Below are positions 54,293-62,883 of a stretch of 64,000 bases of DNA, in pieces. Below the pieces are notes generated by a model that saw only the letters and a list, made by a program, of their open reading frames with translations, was not told the origin of the DNA and searched no databases. Position 1 is the stretch's first letter; every line of letters begins with the position of its first letter. This stretch comes from a virus (taxonomy: Duplodnaviria > Caudoviricetes), in the IMG/VR virus record IMGVR_UViG_3300031992_000051, positions 31,688 to 95,687 of that record; one strand, 5' to 3'. The translations under genes were made by a program, and so were the position numbers.

Positions 54293-55324
54293 ATGACGTT
54301 CAACACAAGTACGCGCATCGCGCCGATAGTCGACGTCAGCACCTATGAGGGGCCATTCAGCTACGACTCCCTCTGGCAGTCCGACGAGGACTCGGAGCGC
54401 GAGGAGGGGCGGTTCGTCTGCGACGACTACGACTTCTCCAAGATGGGCGACCGCATCGTCGAGGAGGCCAACAAGGTCTTCGCGGCGGAGAAGCCCCTCT
54501 CGCAGTACGGAGTCGTCTCCATCAAGGCGACGAAGTTCGGCTCTCCCCGTGAATACAACTTCATGTCGGACTGGCTGGACCTCGAGGTCGTGGTGGACGA
54601 CTCGTTCTGGCAGCTCGCGAAGGAGGCGATCTTCAAGCCCGAGAACCGGGCGAAGATCGTCGGGTACGCGGGCGACCACTGGGTTAGCTACGACGGGTTC
54701 TCGAGCGCGATGCTGAACCGCATCTGCACGCTCTCCCGCGACCGCTGGAGGCACGAGCACTACGGGACGCACATGGCGACCGACAAGGAGGTGGAGGACG
54801 CGCTCCTCGCCGACCTGGAGGACGCCTTCGCCGGACTCTCAAGCGAGTCCAGCGAGGACGAGTTCCGCGAGTTCGGGGCGATCCTCGCGCTTCTCTGGCT
54901 CATCGAGTACCCGGGCGACTTCGAGCGCTGCGACGAGTCGCCGATCTGGGGAAGCTGGGTCACGGACGAGATGGTCGAGTCCATCCGCGGCAACAGCAGC
55001 CTGTCCGACTTCTGCACCGTTCTCGAGCCCGACGAGCTGAAGGAGAAGGTGGGGGACTCCCTCATCGCCTTCGACGCCTTCGTCAAGGAGCTGGAGAGGT
55101 CGTACGAGAAGTACGCCAGGTCCGGTGTCGGCGAGGCGTCGCAGGCGCGGGCGAAGGCGTGGCTCGAGACCGTCCGCAAGGACGTGAAGGAGTTCGAGGA
55201 CAAGCAGCGGAGGTGCGTCGAGCTCTACGCCCCGAAGTGGGACAAGGTGCGCGACGAGCTCGCCGAGCTCCGCAAGGAGTGGGACTCCAAGCTCGAGGTC
55301 GGGTGGCCGGGTGCGTGGAAATGA
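54293..55324 (+). CDS. Hypothetical protein (343 aa; SPREYNF motif)
   Basis: AAGGAG SD, start MTFNTSTRI. Confidence 0.7.
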   Translation: MTFNTSTRIAPIVDVSTYEGPFSYDSLWQSDEDSEREEGRFVCDDYDFSKMGDRIVEEANKVFAAEKPLSQYGVVSIKATKFGSPREYNFMSDWLDLEVVVDDSFWQLAKEAIFKPENRAKIVGYAGDHWVSYDGFSSAMLNRICTLSRDRWRHEHYGTHMATDKEVEDALLADLEDAFAGLSSESSEDEFREFGAILALLWLIEYPGDFERCDESPIWGSWVTDEMVESIRGNSSLSDFCTVLEPDELKEKVGDSLIAFDAFVKELERSYEKYARSGVGEASQARAKAWLETVRKDVKEFEDKQRRCVELYAPKWDKVRDELAELRKEWDSKLEVGWPGAWK

Positions 55325-55641
55325 TACAGATAGTGATGAAGCCCACGCCGGGCGCGGGCGTCGTGGACAGGGAGACCCTGTACACGGCGCTCTTCAACGG
55401 CGAGGACGTCGGCCTGCGCGTCCGGGGACTCCGGGCGTCGCACGCCGAGGAGAAGATGATGGTCATCTTCCGCGAACAGCTGAAGGGCAAGACCGTCAGC
55501 TACAATCTCGAGCAGTACCTCAAGGAGAAGGCAGATGCCAAAGCTGAAGAATCCGCCCCCGAAGAGGGTGCGGCTATCCAAGAACCTGGGCAACGAGACC
55601 AGGAAGTTCCTCAACTACCTCGACCTGATGCTTCTGCATGA
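55321..55641 (+). CDS. Hypothetical protein (106 aa)
   Basis: ATGA overlap, start MIQIVMKP. Confidence 0.55.
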   Translation: MIQIVMKPTPGAGVVDRETLYTALFNGEDVGLRVRGLRASHAEEKMMVIFREQLKGKTVSYNLEQYLKEKADAKAEESAPEEGAAIQEPGQRDQEVPQLPRPDASA

Positions 55642-55759
55642 GGCGCCGAGGCAGCTGCGGGACACGATCATGGACAACGGCCTGACGACGCTTCGGGCCA
55701 ACTGGAACACCTGGTGGGACCAGGAGAAACGGAGGAAGCATGACGCTTGCAAGCGGTGA
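55535..55759 (+). CDS. Hypothetical protein (74 aa)
   Basis: AAGGAGAAGG SD; overlaps the upstream ORF by 107 nt. Confidence 0.55.
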   Translation: MPKLKNPPPKRVRLSKNLGNETRKFLNYLDLMLLHEAPRQLRDTIMDNGLTTLRANWNTWWDQEKRRKHDACKR

Positions 55760-56162
55760 CAGGCTCTTCGTCAACGTGGACGCGAACTGCATGAAGATGC
55801 GGCTCATCGGATATGTCGAGGGACAGACCGGCAACGAGCCGTACGGGTGGAGCGACGGCGACGTCGTCTTCCTGAACGGCCGGCAGGTCGCCATGCTCCT
55901 ACACGTAGCGACGCTGCCCCACTTCGACGGGTTCGTCGTGGAGCAGGGCAGGCCGGGAACTTCCGGCCTCGCCGTCTCCACCGGCTGCGACGATCGCGGC
56001 GGGATCAAGATGGCTCTCGTCGGAGACACGTGTTCGGCCACTCTCAACGCCCCCGAGCGCGTGATGCTCGTGGAGGCGATCAAGTCACAGGTATGGAGGC
56101 TATTCCAATCAGGTGTGGCGGCGACTCGCGGACTTCACCCCATACGAGAGGTACAGGAATGA
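55740..56162 (+). CDS. Hypothetical protein (140 aa)
   Basis: GGAGG SD. Confidence 0.65.
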   Translation: MTLASGDRLFVNVDANCMKMRLIGYVEGQTGNEPYGWSDGDVVFLNGRQVAMLLHVATLPHFDGFVVEQGRPGTSGLAVSTGCDDRGGIKMALVGDTCSATLNAPERVMLVEAIKSQVWRLFQSGVAATRGLHPIREVQE

Positions 56163-56602
56163 GCTTTGACGAACTGAACGACGAGCAGAAGCTCGAGCTC
56201 AAGCAGCGCATCCTCACGGAGCGCAACGAGCAGAAGGGCGAAGGCACTTCCTACGGGGAGCTTGCTGACGCCGACGACCTTGTCTCGGACGAGGACGCGA
56301 AGGACTGGGCGGAGGGCATGGAGTTCTCCCCCGACGACTTCACGTGCTCGGCGTCCGAGCCGAACGTGAGGGTGAGGAACGTCCCGCAGTGGGCGGTCAA
56401 CTACCTCGTGAACGCGGACTCGAGCGGCCTGTCGGACGAAGACAGGCAGATGGTCGACAAGTGGATCCTGAAACTGGCGGGCGAGGGCCTCGAGCTCCTC
56501 TGCCCGATAGACGGAAGCGAAAACGAGTTCTGCTCCGCGCCGGCCTTCGGGCTCGCGTGCGGGACGGTGGACTTCGTGGCCGCGAAATCCAAGGAGGACT
56601 GA
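56159..56602 (+). CDS. Hypothetical protein (147 aa)
   Basis: Start MSFDELND; C-terminal VPQWAVNYLVNADSSGL...PAFGL domain seen in mobile elements. Confidence 0.65.
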   Translation: MSFDELNDEQKLELKQRILTERNEQKGEGTSYGELADADDLVSDEDAKDWAEGMEFSPDDFTCSASEPNVRVRNVPQWAVNYLVNADSSGLSDEDRQMVDKWILKLAGEGLELLCPIDGSENEFCSAPAFGLACGTVDFVAAKSKED

Positions 56603-56603
56603 C

Positions 56604-57278
56604 ATGAGAAAGGCCAAGGTTGACGTGTTCGCGTTCGACGAGCTCTCCGAGGAGGCCAAGGAGCGCGCGCACCGCGACTGGGTCTCGAAGGGCATGCCCT
56701 ACTGCTGGGGCGCCGAGGCCCGCGACACGATAAAGGCGTTCGAGAGGGAGTTCGGCGTCGAGGTGAGGAACTGGCAGTACAGCTCGTACGACTACAGCTT
56801 TGACCTCCGCACCGGCTCGATCGAGGACGACGTGCTCGCCCTGAAGGGCAACCGCGCGAGGGCGTGGTTCTGGAACAACCACGAGAGGTGCCTGCTCACG
56901 GGCAGGTACTACTCGAAGTTCCACGGCACGAAGCACGCGCACTCGAAGTTCTTCTTCGACCGCGTGTACGACGGCACGTGCCCCTGGACGGGGTACTGCA
57001 TAGACTGCGCGGCGCTCGACCCGATCGCCCACTTCTGCTTCGGCGTGGAGTGGGACGAGAAGGAGAAGAAGCGCGTGCCGTCTTCGCGGAGGATCGCCGT
57101 CGACGACTCGAACACCGTCGAGAGCCTGCTGCGCGACGGCCTGCACTCGCTCTTCCAGGCGCTGCGGGACGACTGCGAGTACCAGGAGTCGATGGAGGCG
57201 TTCAAGGACGCCTGCGAGACCAACGAGTACGAGTTCACCGAGGACGGGGCCATGTGGTCCCGGAAGGAGTCCGCATGA
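56604..57278 (+). CDS. Conserved phage hypothetical protein (224 aa)
   Basis: AGGAGG SD; VFAFDELSEEAKERA...NEYEFTEDG pattern. Confidence 0.75.
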   Translation: MRKAKVDVFAFDELSEEAKERAHRDWVSKGMPYCWGAEARDTIKAFEREFGVEVRNWQYSSYDYSFDLRTGSIEDDVLALKGNRARAWFWNNHERCLLTGRYYSKFHGTKHAHSKFFFDRVYDGTCPWTGYCIDCAALDPIAHFCFGVEWDEKEKKRVPSSRRIAVDDSNTVESLLRDGLHSLFQALRDDCEYQESMEAFKDACETNEYEFTEDGAMWSRKESA

Positions 57279-57454
57279 CGCTCGCCGAGCTGCTGCGCGC
57301 CGCGAACCACGACGAGTGGTGGAACGACGGCAAGCAGGTCTACTGCGAGGTGGACGGAAAACTCTACCCGCTGACGGGGATCTGCGGAGGCCGGCCCGAG
57401 AAGAAGGGCCAAGGCAAGGACATCGTGGTGCTGCTGACGGAGGAAAGGAAATGA
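57275..57454 (+). CDS. Hypothetical protein (59 aa)
   Basis: AAGGAG SD, ATGA overlap. Confidence 0.55.
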   Translation: MTLAELLRAANHDEWWNDGKQVYCEVDGKLYPLTGICGGRPEKKGQGKDIVVLLTEERK

Positions 57455-57588
57455 AGATAACATTCGTGCAGGACGAGCGTGAGCTCAAGGCCGCGTTCGA
57501 GGTGTGCGAGGCCGGGGAGGGCAACAGCCTTCCCCGGGAGGTGTGGATAATACCGCCCACGTACAACGAAAAGGAGAGCGAAACATGA
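57451..57588 (+). CDS. Hypothetical protein (45 aa)
   Basis: GGAGGAAAGG SD, ATGA overlap. Confidence 0.5.
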   Translation: MKITFVQDERELKAAFEVCEAGEGNSLPREVWIIPPTYNEKESET

Positions 57589-57899
57589 TTCCGAGAGAGT
57601 GGATCAGCGACGTCAAGATCGAGCGCCGGGGCGAGAACGGAGGGATGAACATCACCCTCTTCGTCGAGCCCCCGGCGAAGGCGAACTACAAGACGCCGAC
57701 GTACGCGTGGCTCGTGGCGCTCGCCGAGAATGTCTTCCGCGACGCGGTGGACAAGGAGGCGACGCGCTTCGCGATCACGCACGCCGACGTTATGGCGTGG
57801 TCGAGCGAGGGCTCGAGGGGCATATCGGTGGCGGACCGCTACCGCGTGACCGCCGACTTCTGCCCGCCGGACCAGCTGGAGGACGACGATGGTCTATAA
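57585..57899 (+). CDS. Hypothetical protein (104 aa)
   Basis: AAGGAG SD, start MIPREWIS. Confidence 0.6.
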   Translation: MIPREWISDVKIERRGENGGMNITLFVEPPAKANYKTPTYAWLVALAENVFRDAVDKEATRFAITHADVMAWSSEGSRGISVADRYRVTADFCPPDQLEDDDGL

Positions 57900-58368
57900 G
57901 GACTTGCGCAAGCTGACCGGCAAGATGGTCAGGGAGTGGTACGCGTGGCTGATGAAGGAGCAGATGGGGTGCTGCTCCATCTGGTACGAGTCGACCGACA
58001 AGTACCGCTACTGCGTCTGCATGGGCTGGCACAACCTCGGCGACGGTCCGAAGGAGAAGAACTACGACCACTGGGTCGTGGCCTGGAAGATCGGACGCCA
58101 GACGCACAACAACATCATGCAGTGCGACCTCGACGTGGACTTCGAGATGCCCTACGTCACCGGGGAGATGGCGAAGGCCGACGAGTCCCTGTGCGAGGGA
58201 GACGTCGACGACACCGAAGAGGTGGTCGAGTGCCTCACCCGCCCGGACCGGCACGGGAACTTCCCGTACTCCTCGCCGCGAGGCTACAGGAGCTGGGATC
58301 GCCTTGCGGCGTGCATGAGGAAGACCGCCCGTCGCGTGTTCAAGGACTGGAAGGACCACGATGACTAA
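57889..58368 (+). CDS. Hypothetical protein (159 aa)
   Basis: GGAGG SD. Confidence 0.65.
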   Translation: MVYKDLRKLTGKMVREWYAWLMKEQMGCCSIWYESTDKYRYCVCMGWHNLGDGPKEKNYDHWVVAWKIGRQTHNNIMQCDLDVDFEMPYVTGEMAKADESLCEGDVDDTEEVVECLTRPDRHGNFPYSSPRGYRSWDRLAACMRKTARRVFKDWKDHDD

Positions 58369-58657
58369 ACGCGAGAAGTACGACAAGTACGAGGGCTACC
58401 TCAAGGTGCCCCGTCTCCAGCGCATGAACGCGGAGGACGGCATCGCCAAGATGATCGCCGCGTTCAAGGACGCGGGGGTCGTCCTGCACGAGGGCAAGCC
58501 CCCGATGTCGGACGTCAACGAGATCGTCCTCTACTTCAAGGGCGACGGAAACTTCAAGCTCACGAAAGTGGTGATGACAGGCGAGACGCTCGGCTGCTAC
58601 ACGGGCATCTGCCTCGAGCCATATCCAAACGAGGAGAACGAACAGGATGAGACGTAA
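58361..58657 (+). CDS. Hypothetical protein (98 aa)
   Basis: AAGGA SD; coupled to neighbours. Confidence 0.6.
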   Translation: MTKREKYDKYEGYLKVPRLQRMNAEDGIAKMIAAFKDAGVVLHEGKPPMSDVNEIVLYFKGDGNFKLTKVVMTGETLGCYTGICLEPYPNEENEQDET

Positions 58658-58898
58658 ATGGTTTTATGTCGACGTCACCACGACCTGCCACGAGCGGGTC
58701 GCGGTGAAGGCGGAGGACGAGGAGGCGACGAAGGACATCGCCGGCGCCCTCGTTGACGCCGGGACGATCGACTTCTCGGCGGCGGGCGAGTCCGCCTACG
58801 GGTCGATCAACGATTCGATAACGGTGGCGGAGCGCGAGTTCAAGCGCCCGCCGAGGGCCATGCGGAAGTTCGACGGCCTGCGAGGGGAGGTCAAGTGA
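58647..58898 (+). CDS. Hypothetical protein (83 aa; DpnD/PcfM-like pattern)
   Basis: FYVDVTTTCHERVAVKAEDEEA resembles the beta-beta-alpha DpnD/PcfM pattern. Confidence 0.55.
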   Translation: MRRKWFYVDVTTTCHERVAVKAEDEEATKDIAGALVDAGTIDFSAAGESAYGSINDSITVAEREFKRPPRAMRKFDGLRGEVK

Positions 58899-59209
58899 AC
58901 ATCTGCGTGCCGACGACATTGAAGGAGTGGCAGGCCGCCGACGAGGCGGCCGGACCGTTCCTGCTCGTCTCGCTCACGGAGGAGAAGACCCCGCGCTGGG
59001 TCTCCACCAATTCGCAGGGCGAGTGCGAGAGCTTCAACACGCTCGACGGGGCCCTGCTGTGGTCCCTCGGGCTGATCGACGTGAGACACGAACACGAGGG
59101 CGAGAGGCACCGCTACCTGTACGACAGGCACGGCGCGGCGATCGCCTTCCTCGAGAACATACGGAGGAAACTCGATGCAGAAGCCGAAGTCGCGGAGACC
59201 GAGGGTTAG
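58895..59209 (+). CDS. Hypothetical protein (104 aa)
   Basis: GGAGGT SD, GTG start. Confidence 0.6.
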   Translation: MNICVPTTLKEWQAADEAAGPFLLVSLTEEKTPRWVSTNSQGECESFNTLDGALLWSLGLIDVRHEHEGERHRYLYDRHGAAIAFLENIRRKLDAEAEVAETEG

Positions 59210-59447
59210 GCGCAAGCTCGTGGACGGCGAGTGGTATCACGTGTACCGCGTCGTCGTGGAGCAGGTGCGCCACCAGTCGATCGTCATCGAGGCGAGGACG
59301 CGGGACGAGGCCGAGCGGCAGTCGTGCGAGATCGCCGACCACAACCCCGAGAACTGGCGCGAGGAGGACATAACCCCGCGCGACTGCACGTCGACCGAGA
59401 TGACCGACGGGTCGTGGGAGTCCTGCGACGCGCGGAAGGAGAAGTGA
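59175..59447 (+). CDS. Hypothetical protein (90 aa; DpnD/PcfM-like pattern)
   Basis: GGAGG SD; YRVVVEQVRHQSIVIEARTRDEA. Confidence 0.55.
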   Translation: MQKPKSRRPRVRRKLVDGEWYHVYRVVVEQVRHQSIVIEARTRDEAERQSCEIADHNPENWREEDITPRDCTSTEMTDGSWESCDARKEK

Positions 59448-59824
59448 TGGCGAGGAAGATCGACCCGAAGCCGGGCGACAAGTACAACATGCTGACGTAC
59501 GTCGGCGACGAGGGCCGAGAGCCCTCCGCCGTCATGTGCGGCAAGCAGCTGTACACGCGCCTCGGCCGCTGGAAGTGCGACTGCGGGAAGGAGATCGTCT
59601 GCCGCAACAGGTACGTCGTCAACGGCATGAAGAAGTCGTGCGGCTGCCTGCTGCGGGCGAAGGGCGAGGCGTGGCACCGGGGCAAGCGGAGACGGACGGA
59701 GGCGAAGCCGAAGACCATCCGGCTCCTCGTCACGATCCAGGTGCTTGACTCCGACCCCGGTGATATGGTACAATATGCGCCCGAAAGCCCGAGTCGGGCA
59801 GGAAAGGAAACCGAAGTGAAATGA
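59447..59824 (+). CDS. Protein with only the N-terminal Cys-rich domain of HNH-type homing endonucleases (125 aa)
   Basis: GDKYNMLT...WKCDCG...NG.KKSCGC with no HNH nuclease part. Confidence 0.65.
   Translation: MARKIDPKPGDKYNMLTYVGDEGREPSAVMCGKQLYTRLGRWKCDCGKEIVCRNRYVVNGMKKSCGCLLRAKGEAWHRGKRRRTEAKPKTIRLLVTIQVLDSDPGDMVQYAPESPSRAGKETEVK
59745..59774 (+). promoter_or_regulatory. sigma70-type promoter (TTGACT-18-TACAAT, extended -10)
   Basis: TTGACT ccgaccccggtgatatgg TACAAT, upstream of the replication genes. Confidence 0.6.
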
Positions 59825-59845
59825 GGAAAATGTTTGAGACTGGCG

Positions 59846-59874
59846 TTGACTTCTGCGATGAGATTCAGTATAAT
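59846..59874 (+). promoter_or_regulatory. sigma70-type promoter of the HNH gene (TTGACT-17-TATAAT)
   Basis: Near-perfect consensus followed by TAAGGAG SD and ATG 59899. Confidence 0.75.
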
Positions 59875-59898
59875 GTATCTCGTCAATAAGGAGAAACT

Positions 59899-60540
59899 AT
59901 GCCAGCGAGAAATCCAATACCGCCAGGAACGCAGTTCGGACTGCTTACTGTAGTCCGGCACGCGGGGCGAGACCCGAAGACGCACAAGTCACTGTCGGAG
60001 TGCAAGTGCAAGTGCGGTGCCGTGGTGGTCAAGCGTGACAACGATCTCCGCACGGGCCGGATCGTCTCGTGCGGGTGCGCGAAACGCGAACGCGCCCGGA
60101 AGCAGATGTGGGAACGCGCCGAGAGCTCGAACGCCAACCACATGAGCCAGACTCGGTTGTACCACTGTTGGCATGACATGGTGCGGAGGTGTACCGACCC
60201 GAACCGTCTGGCCGCGAAAGACTACATGCTGAAGGGCATCACAGTCTGCAAGTCGTGGCGGAAGAGCTTCCGGGTATTCCGCCGCTGGGCGGAAACGCAC
60301 GGCTACAGGGACGACCTGGAGATCGACAGGATAGACTACAAGAAGGGGTACTATCCGTCGAACTGCCGGTTCGTGGACATCATTACGCAGGCCAACAACC
60401 GCAGCAACAACCGGGTGATCGAGTTCAACGGTCGCCGGCTGACTGTAGCCCAATGGTCGAGAGAACTCGGAGTCCCGTACGACAAACTCAAAAAGCACAC
60501 CCGGAAAGGAGGTTCGCTTGCAGATTATATCACCGTATGA
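59899..60540 (+). CDS. Free-standing HNH-type homing endonuclease (213 aa)
   Basis: FGLLTVV..CKCKCG..SCGC, RLYHCWHDMVRRC, ITVCKSW, IDRID..KGY.P.NCRF...QANN; lower GC than its flanks. Confidence 0.85.
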   Translation: MPARNPIPPGTQFGLLTVVRHAGRDPKTHKSLSECKCKCGAVVVKRDNDLRTGRIVSCGCAKRERARKQMWERAESSNANHMSQTRLYHCWHDMVRRCTDPNRLAAKDYMLKGITVCKSWRKSFRVFRRWAETHGYRDDLEIDRIDYKKGYYPSNCRFVDIITQANNRSNNRVIEFNGRRLTVAQWSRELGVPYDKLKKHTRKGGSLADYITV

Positions 60541-61846
60541 CTGGCAGCTGCCAATCGTCAGGCAACAGACGGAGCAGCTCCGCAAGGGGCGCGTGTTCGT
60601 CTGCTCGGCGACGACCGGGGCGGGCAAGACCGTGATGGCGCTCCAGACCGTCAAGGAGCTGGGGCTTCCCGCGCTCGTCGTCTGCCCGAAGGTCGCGCGC
60701 ACGCAGTGGCTGCGCACCGCCGAGGCGATGGCCGTGCCGAAGGAGCTGATCCTCGACGTCACGAACCCCGAGCAGATTTCCAAGCCCCGCGCCGGGAAAT
60801 GGTACTCGAGGGACGAGGGGTGGACGGGCGTGCCCGGCAACGCGCTGCTCGTCTGGGATGAAATCCACAGGGTGAGCGGACCGAAGTCGCAGGCGACGAA
60901 GGCGATCGCGAGGTTCGGGAACAAGGCCCACCCCGACACGAAGCTGCTGGCGATGACCGCGACGCTCGGGGAGTCCCCCGAGAAGCTGCGGGCGCTCGGC
61001 TGGTGGTTCGGGTGGCACCGGTTCCTCGACGCCCCGTGGTACGACTGGCTGCGCCGGCACGGCTGCGGGTACGTGGACATCGGATGGGGCGCGCGCAAGC
61101 GCCGCATCTTCAAGTTCACGACGAACCGGAAGCGGGCGACCGAGATCATGCAGGGCATCCGCCTCGACATGGGCGAGCGCTTTATATCCGTCGGGCCGGG
61201 CGAGATTCCCGGGTTCCCGGAGGAGGTGAAGGAAGTCATGCTGATCGACCTCGAGAAGGTCGACCACGACGAACTCGTCCGCTCCTACGAGGAGATGCCG
61301 CCGAAGATGCAGAGCATGTCGCAGGACGACGTGGTGAAGATGCTGCGCCTCCGGCAAAGAGCCGAATGGTGCAAGTCGAAATGTCTGGCCGACATGGCGA
61401 AGGACATCGTGGAGGACGGAGCCTCGTGCTTCATCGCCCTCAACTTCACTGAGGCGCGCCTGCGGGTGCAGGAGCGTCTCAAGGAGCTGAATGTGCCGTT
61501 CGCCTCGATCTACGGTGGACAGCGCGACGACGAGCGCCAGCACGGCATCGACGAGTTCCAGGCGAACCGCATACACGTCATGGTCGGAATGGCCGAGGCG
61601 TGCGGCGTGGCGTTGAGCCTGCACGACGAGCACCACGAGAGGCCACGTGTCTCGCTTATCAGCCCAGGGTGGTCAGCCTCTACGTTTCTCCAGACTTTAG
61701 GACGAATACGCCGGGTCGGAGGGACGACGGCAACACAGAAAATCCTGCTCTGCGCGAACAGCGTGGAGGAGAGGGTGGCCAAGGCGATCGAACGCAAGCT
61801 CTCCAACCTGGCGGCCCTGAACGACACGGACATGTTGAGAAGGTGA
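60518..61846 (+). CDS. SF2 (DExH, SNF2-like) helicase (442 aa)
   Basis: ATTGAGKT (I), WDEIH (II), MTAT (III), QTLGRIRR (VI); TTG start after AAAGGAGG. Confidence 0.88.
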   Translation: MQIISPYDWQLPIVRQQTEQLRKGRVFVCSATTGAGKTVMALQTVKELGLPALVVCPKVARTQWLRTAEAMAVPKELILDVTNPEQISKPRAGKWYSRDEGWTGVPGNALLVWDEIHRVSGPKSQATKAIARFGNKAHPDTKLLAMTATLGESPEKLRALGWWFGWHRFLDAPWYDWLRRHGCGYVDIGWGARKRRIFKFTTNRKRATEIMQGIRLDMGERFISVGPGEIPGFPEEVKEVMLIDLEKVDHDELVRSYEEMPPKMQSMSQDDVVKMLRLRQRAEWCKSKCLADMAKDIVEDGASCFIALNFTEARLRVQERLKELNVPFASIYGGQRDDERQHGIDEFQANRIHVMVGMAEACGVALSLHDEHHERPRVSLISPGWSASTFLQTLGRIRRVGGTTATQKILLCANSVEERVAKAIERKLSNLAALNDTDMLRR

Positions 61847-61850
61847 AACG

Positions 61851-62534
61851 ATGAAGGTCAAAGTCAAGTTCCGGGACACGGAGTTCGGGCTCTTCGAGCC
61901 GAGCTTCACGGTCCCCGTCCTCGGGACCGGCGAGCGGTTCCGGGGGATATACCTCGACTTCGTGGCGGACGGCGTCCCGTGGTCGCAGCTCGTTCTCGAC
62001 CAGTCGATCCAACGGTATCAGATGCTGGAGGACACGCAGAGCGAAAGCCCGGTCTTCGCGTCGGCCACCGACGGGGTGTACTGGATCATCGAGAGAATAC
62101 TGGACTCCGAGCGCGAGTGCGGCGAGGAGATCGAAATCGAATACGAAGGAGAAGTCATGGAAGAGAAGACGATAGCGGTGCCTGCGGGCACGGACAAGGT
62201 GACGCTGAACATCGAGCGGAGGAGCGAACGCCCCGAGGGGATGACGCTCCGCCAGGCGCTGCTCGCGACGCCGTCCGACAGGCCGGTCCTCGTGCGCGTG
62301 GTCGATTGCCCGATGGTGAACTCGAAGCGGCTGGCCTGGGACATGTTCCTGCCGGCGATCGGCGAGGACGACTCCGACGAGCGGCGCCGGGCCCGGACGA
62401 CACAGTTCGCGTCGTGCGAGCTCTGCGACGTCCCCGTCCTGCTGGACGAGCGCGAGGTGAAGCGCGTGGACATCCGGCAGTACAGCGCATGCGGCGCGGA
62501 ATGCGTCGTGTTCGAGGTGGAGAATGACGTCTGA
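61851..62534 (+). CDS. Hypothetical protein (227 aa; possible internal start at MEEKTI)
   Basis: AAGGTG SD; second SD GAAGGAG before ATG 62157. Confidence 0.6.
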   Translation: MKVKVKFRDTEFGLFEPSFTVPVLGTGERFRGIYLDFVADGVPWSQLVLDQSIQRYQMLEDTQSESPVFASATDGVYWIIERILDSERECGEEIEIEYEGEVMEEKTIAVPAGTDKVTLNIERRSERPEGMTLRQALLATPSDRPVLVRVVDCPMVNSKRLAWDMFLPAIGEDDSDERRRARTTQFASCELCDVPVLLDEREVKRVDIRQYSACGAECVVFEVENDV

Positions 62535-62883
62535 CTTCGTGAGGCTCACGAACCGGGAGAACGGCAGCGACCTGTTCCTGAAGAGGAGCATGGTCGCCGC
62601 CGTCGGCTCCTACTGGAACGGGAAGCAGCAGGTCACGCACGTCACGCTGATAAACGAAGACATCGACTACGAGGTGAAGGAGAGCCCGCGTGAGGTTCTC
62701 CGCCTCATAACAGGAGAAAAGGAACAGCCAAATGGCATACAAGAAGAGACGTGTGTCGCCCAGCTCGCTGGCCGCGACGGAACACTGCCCCCGGTTCCGG
62801 CCGGACGGCAAGGAGAACGATGCCGCAATCGACGGCACCATGATGCACGAGTACGCGGAGGAGATGGTATCGCTTCCGCGTGA
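62524..62883 (+). CDS. Small FlbD-like hypothetical protein
   Basis: FVRLT...L.LK..MV..V......T.VTL.....VKESPREV pattern; 3' part overlaps the next gene. Confidence 0.5.
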   Translation: MTSDFVRLTNRENGSDLFLKRSMVAAVGSYWNGKQQVTHVTLINEDIDYEVKESPREVLRLITGEKEQPNGIQEETCVAQLAGRDGTLPPVPAGRQGERCRNRRHHDARVRGGDGIASA

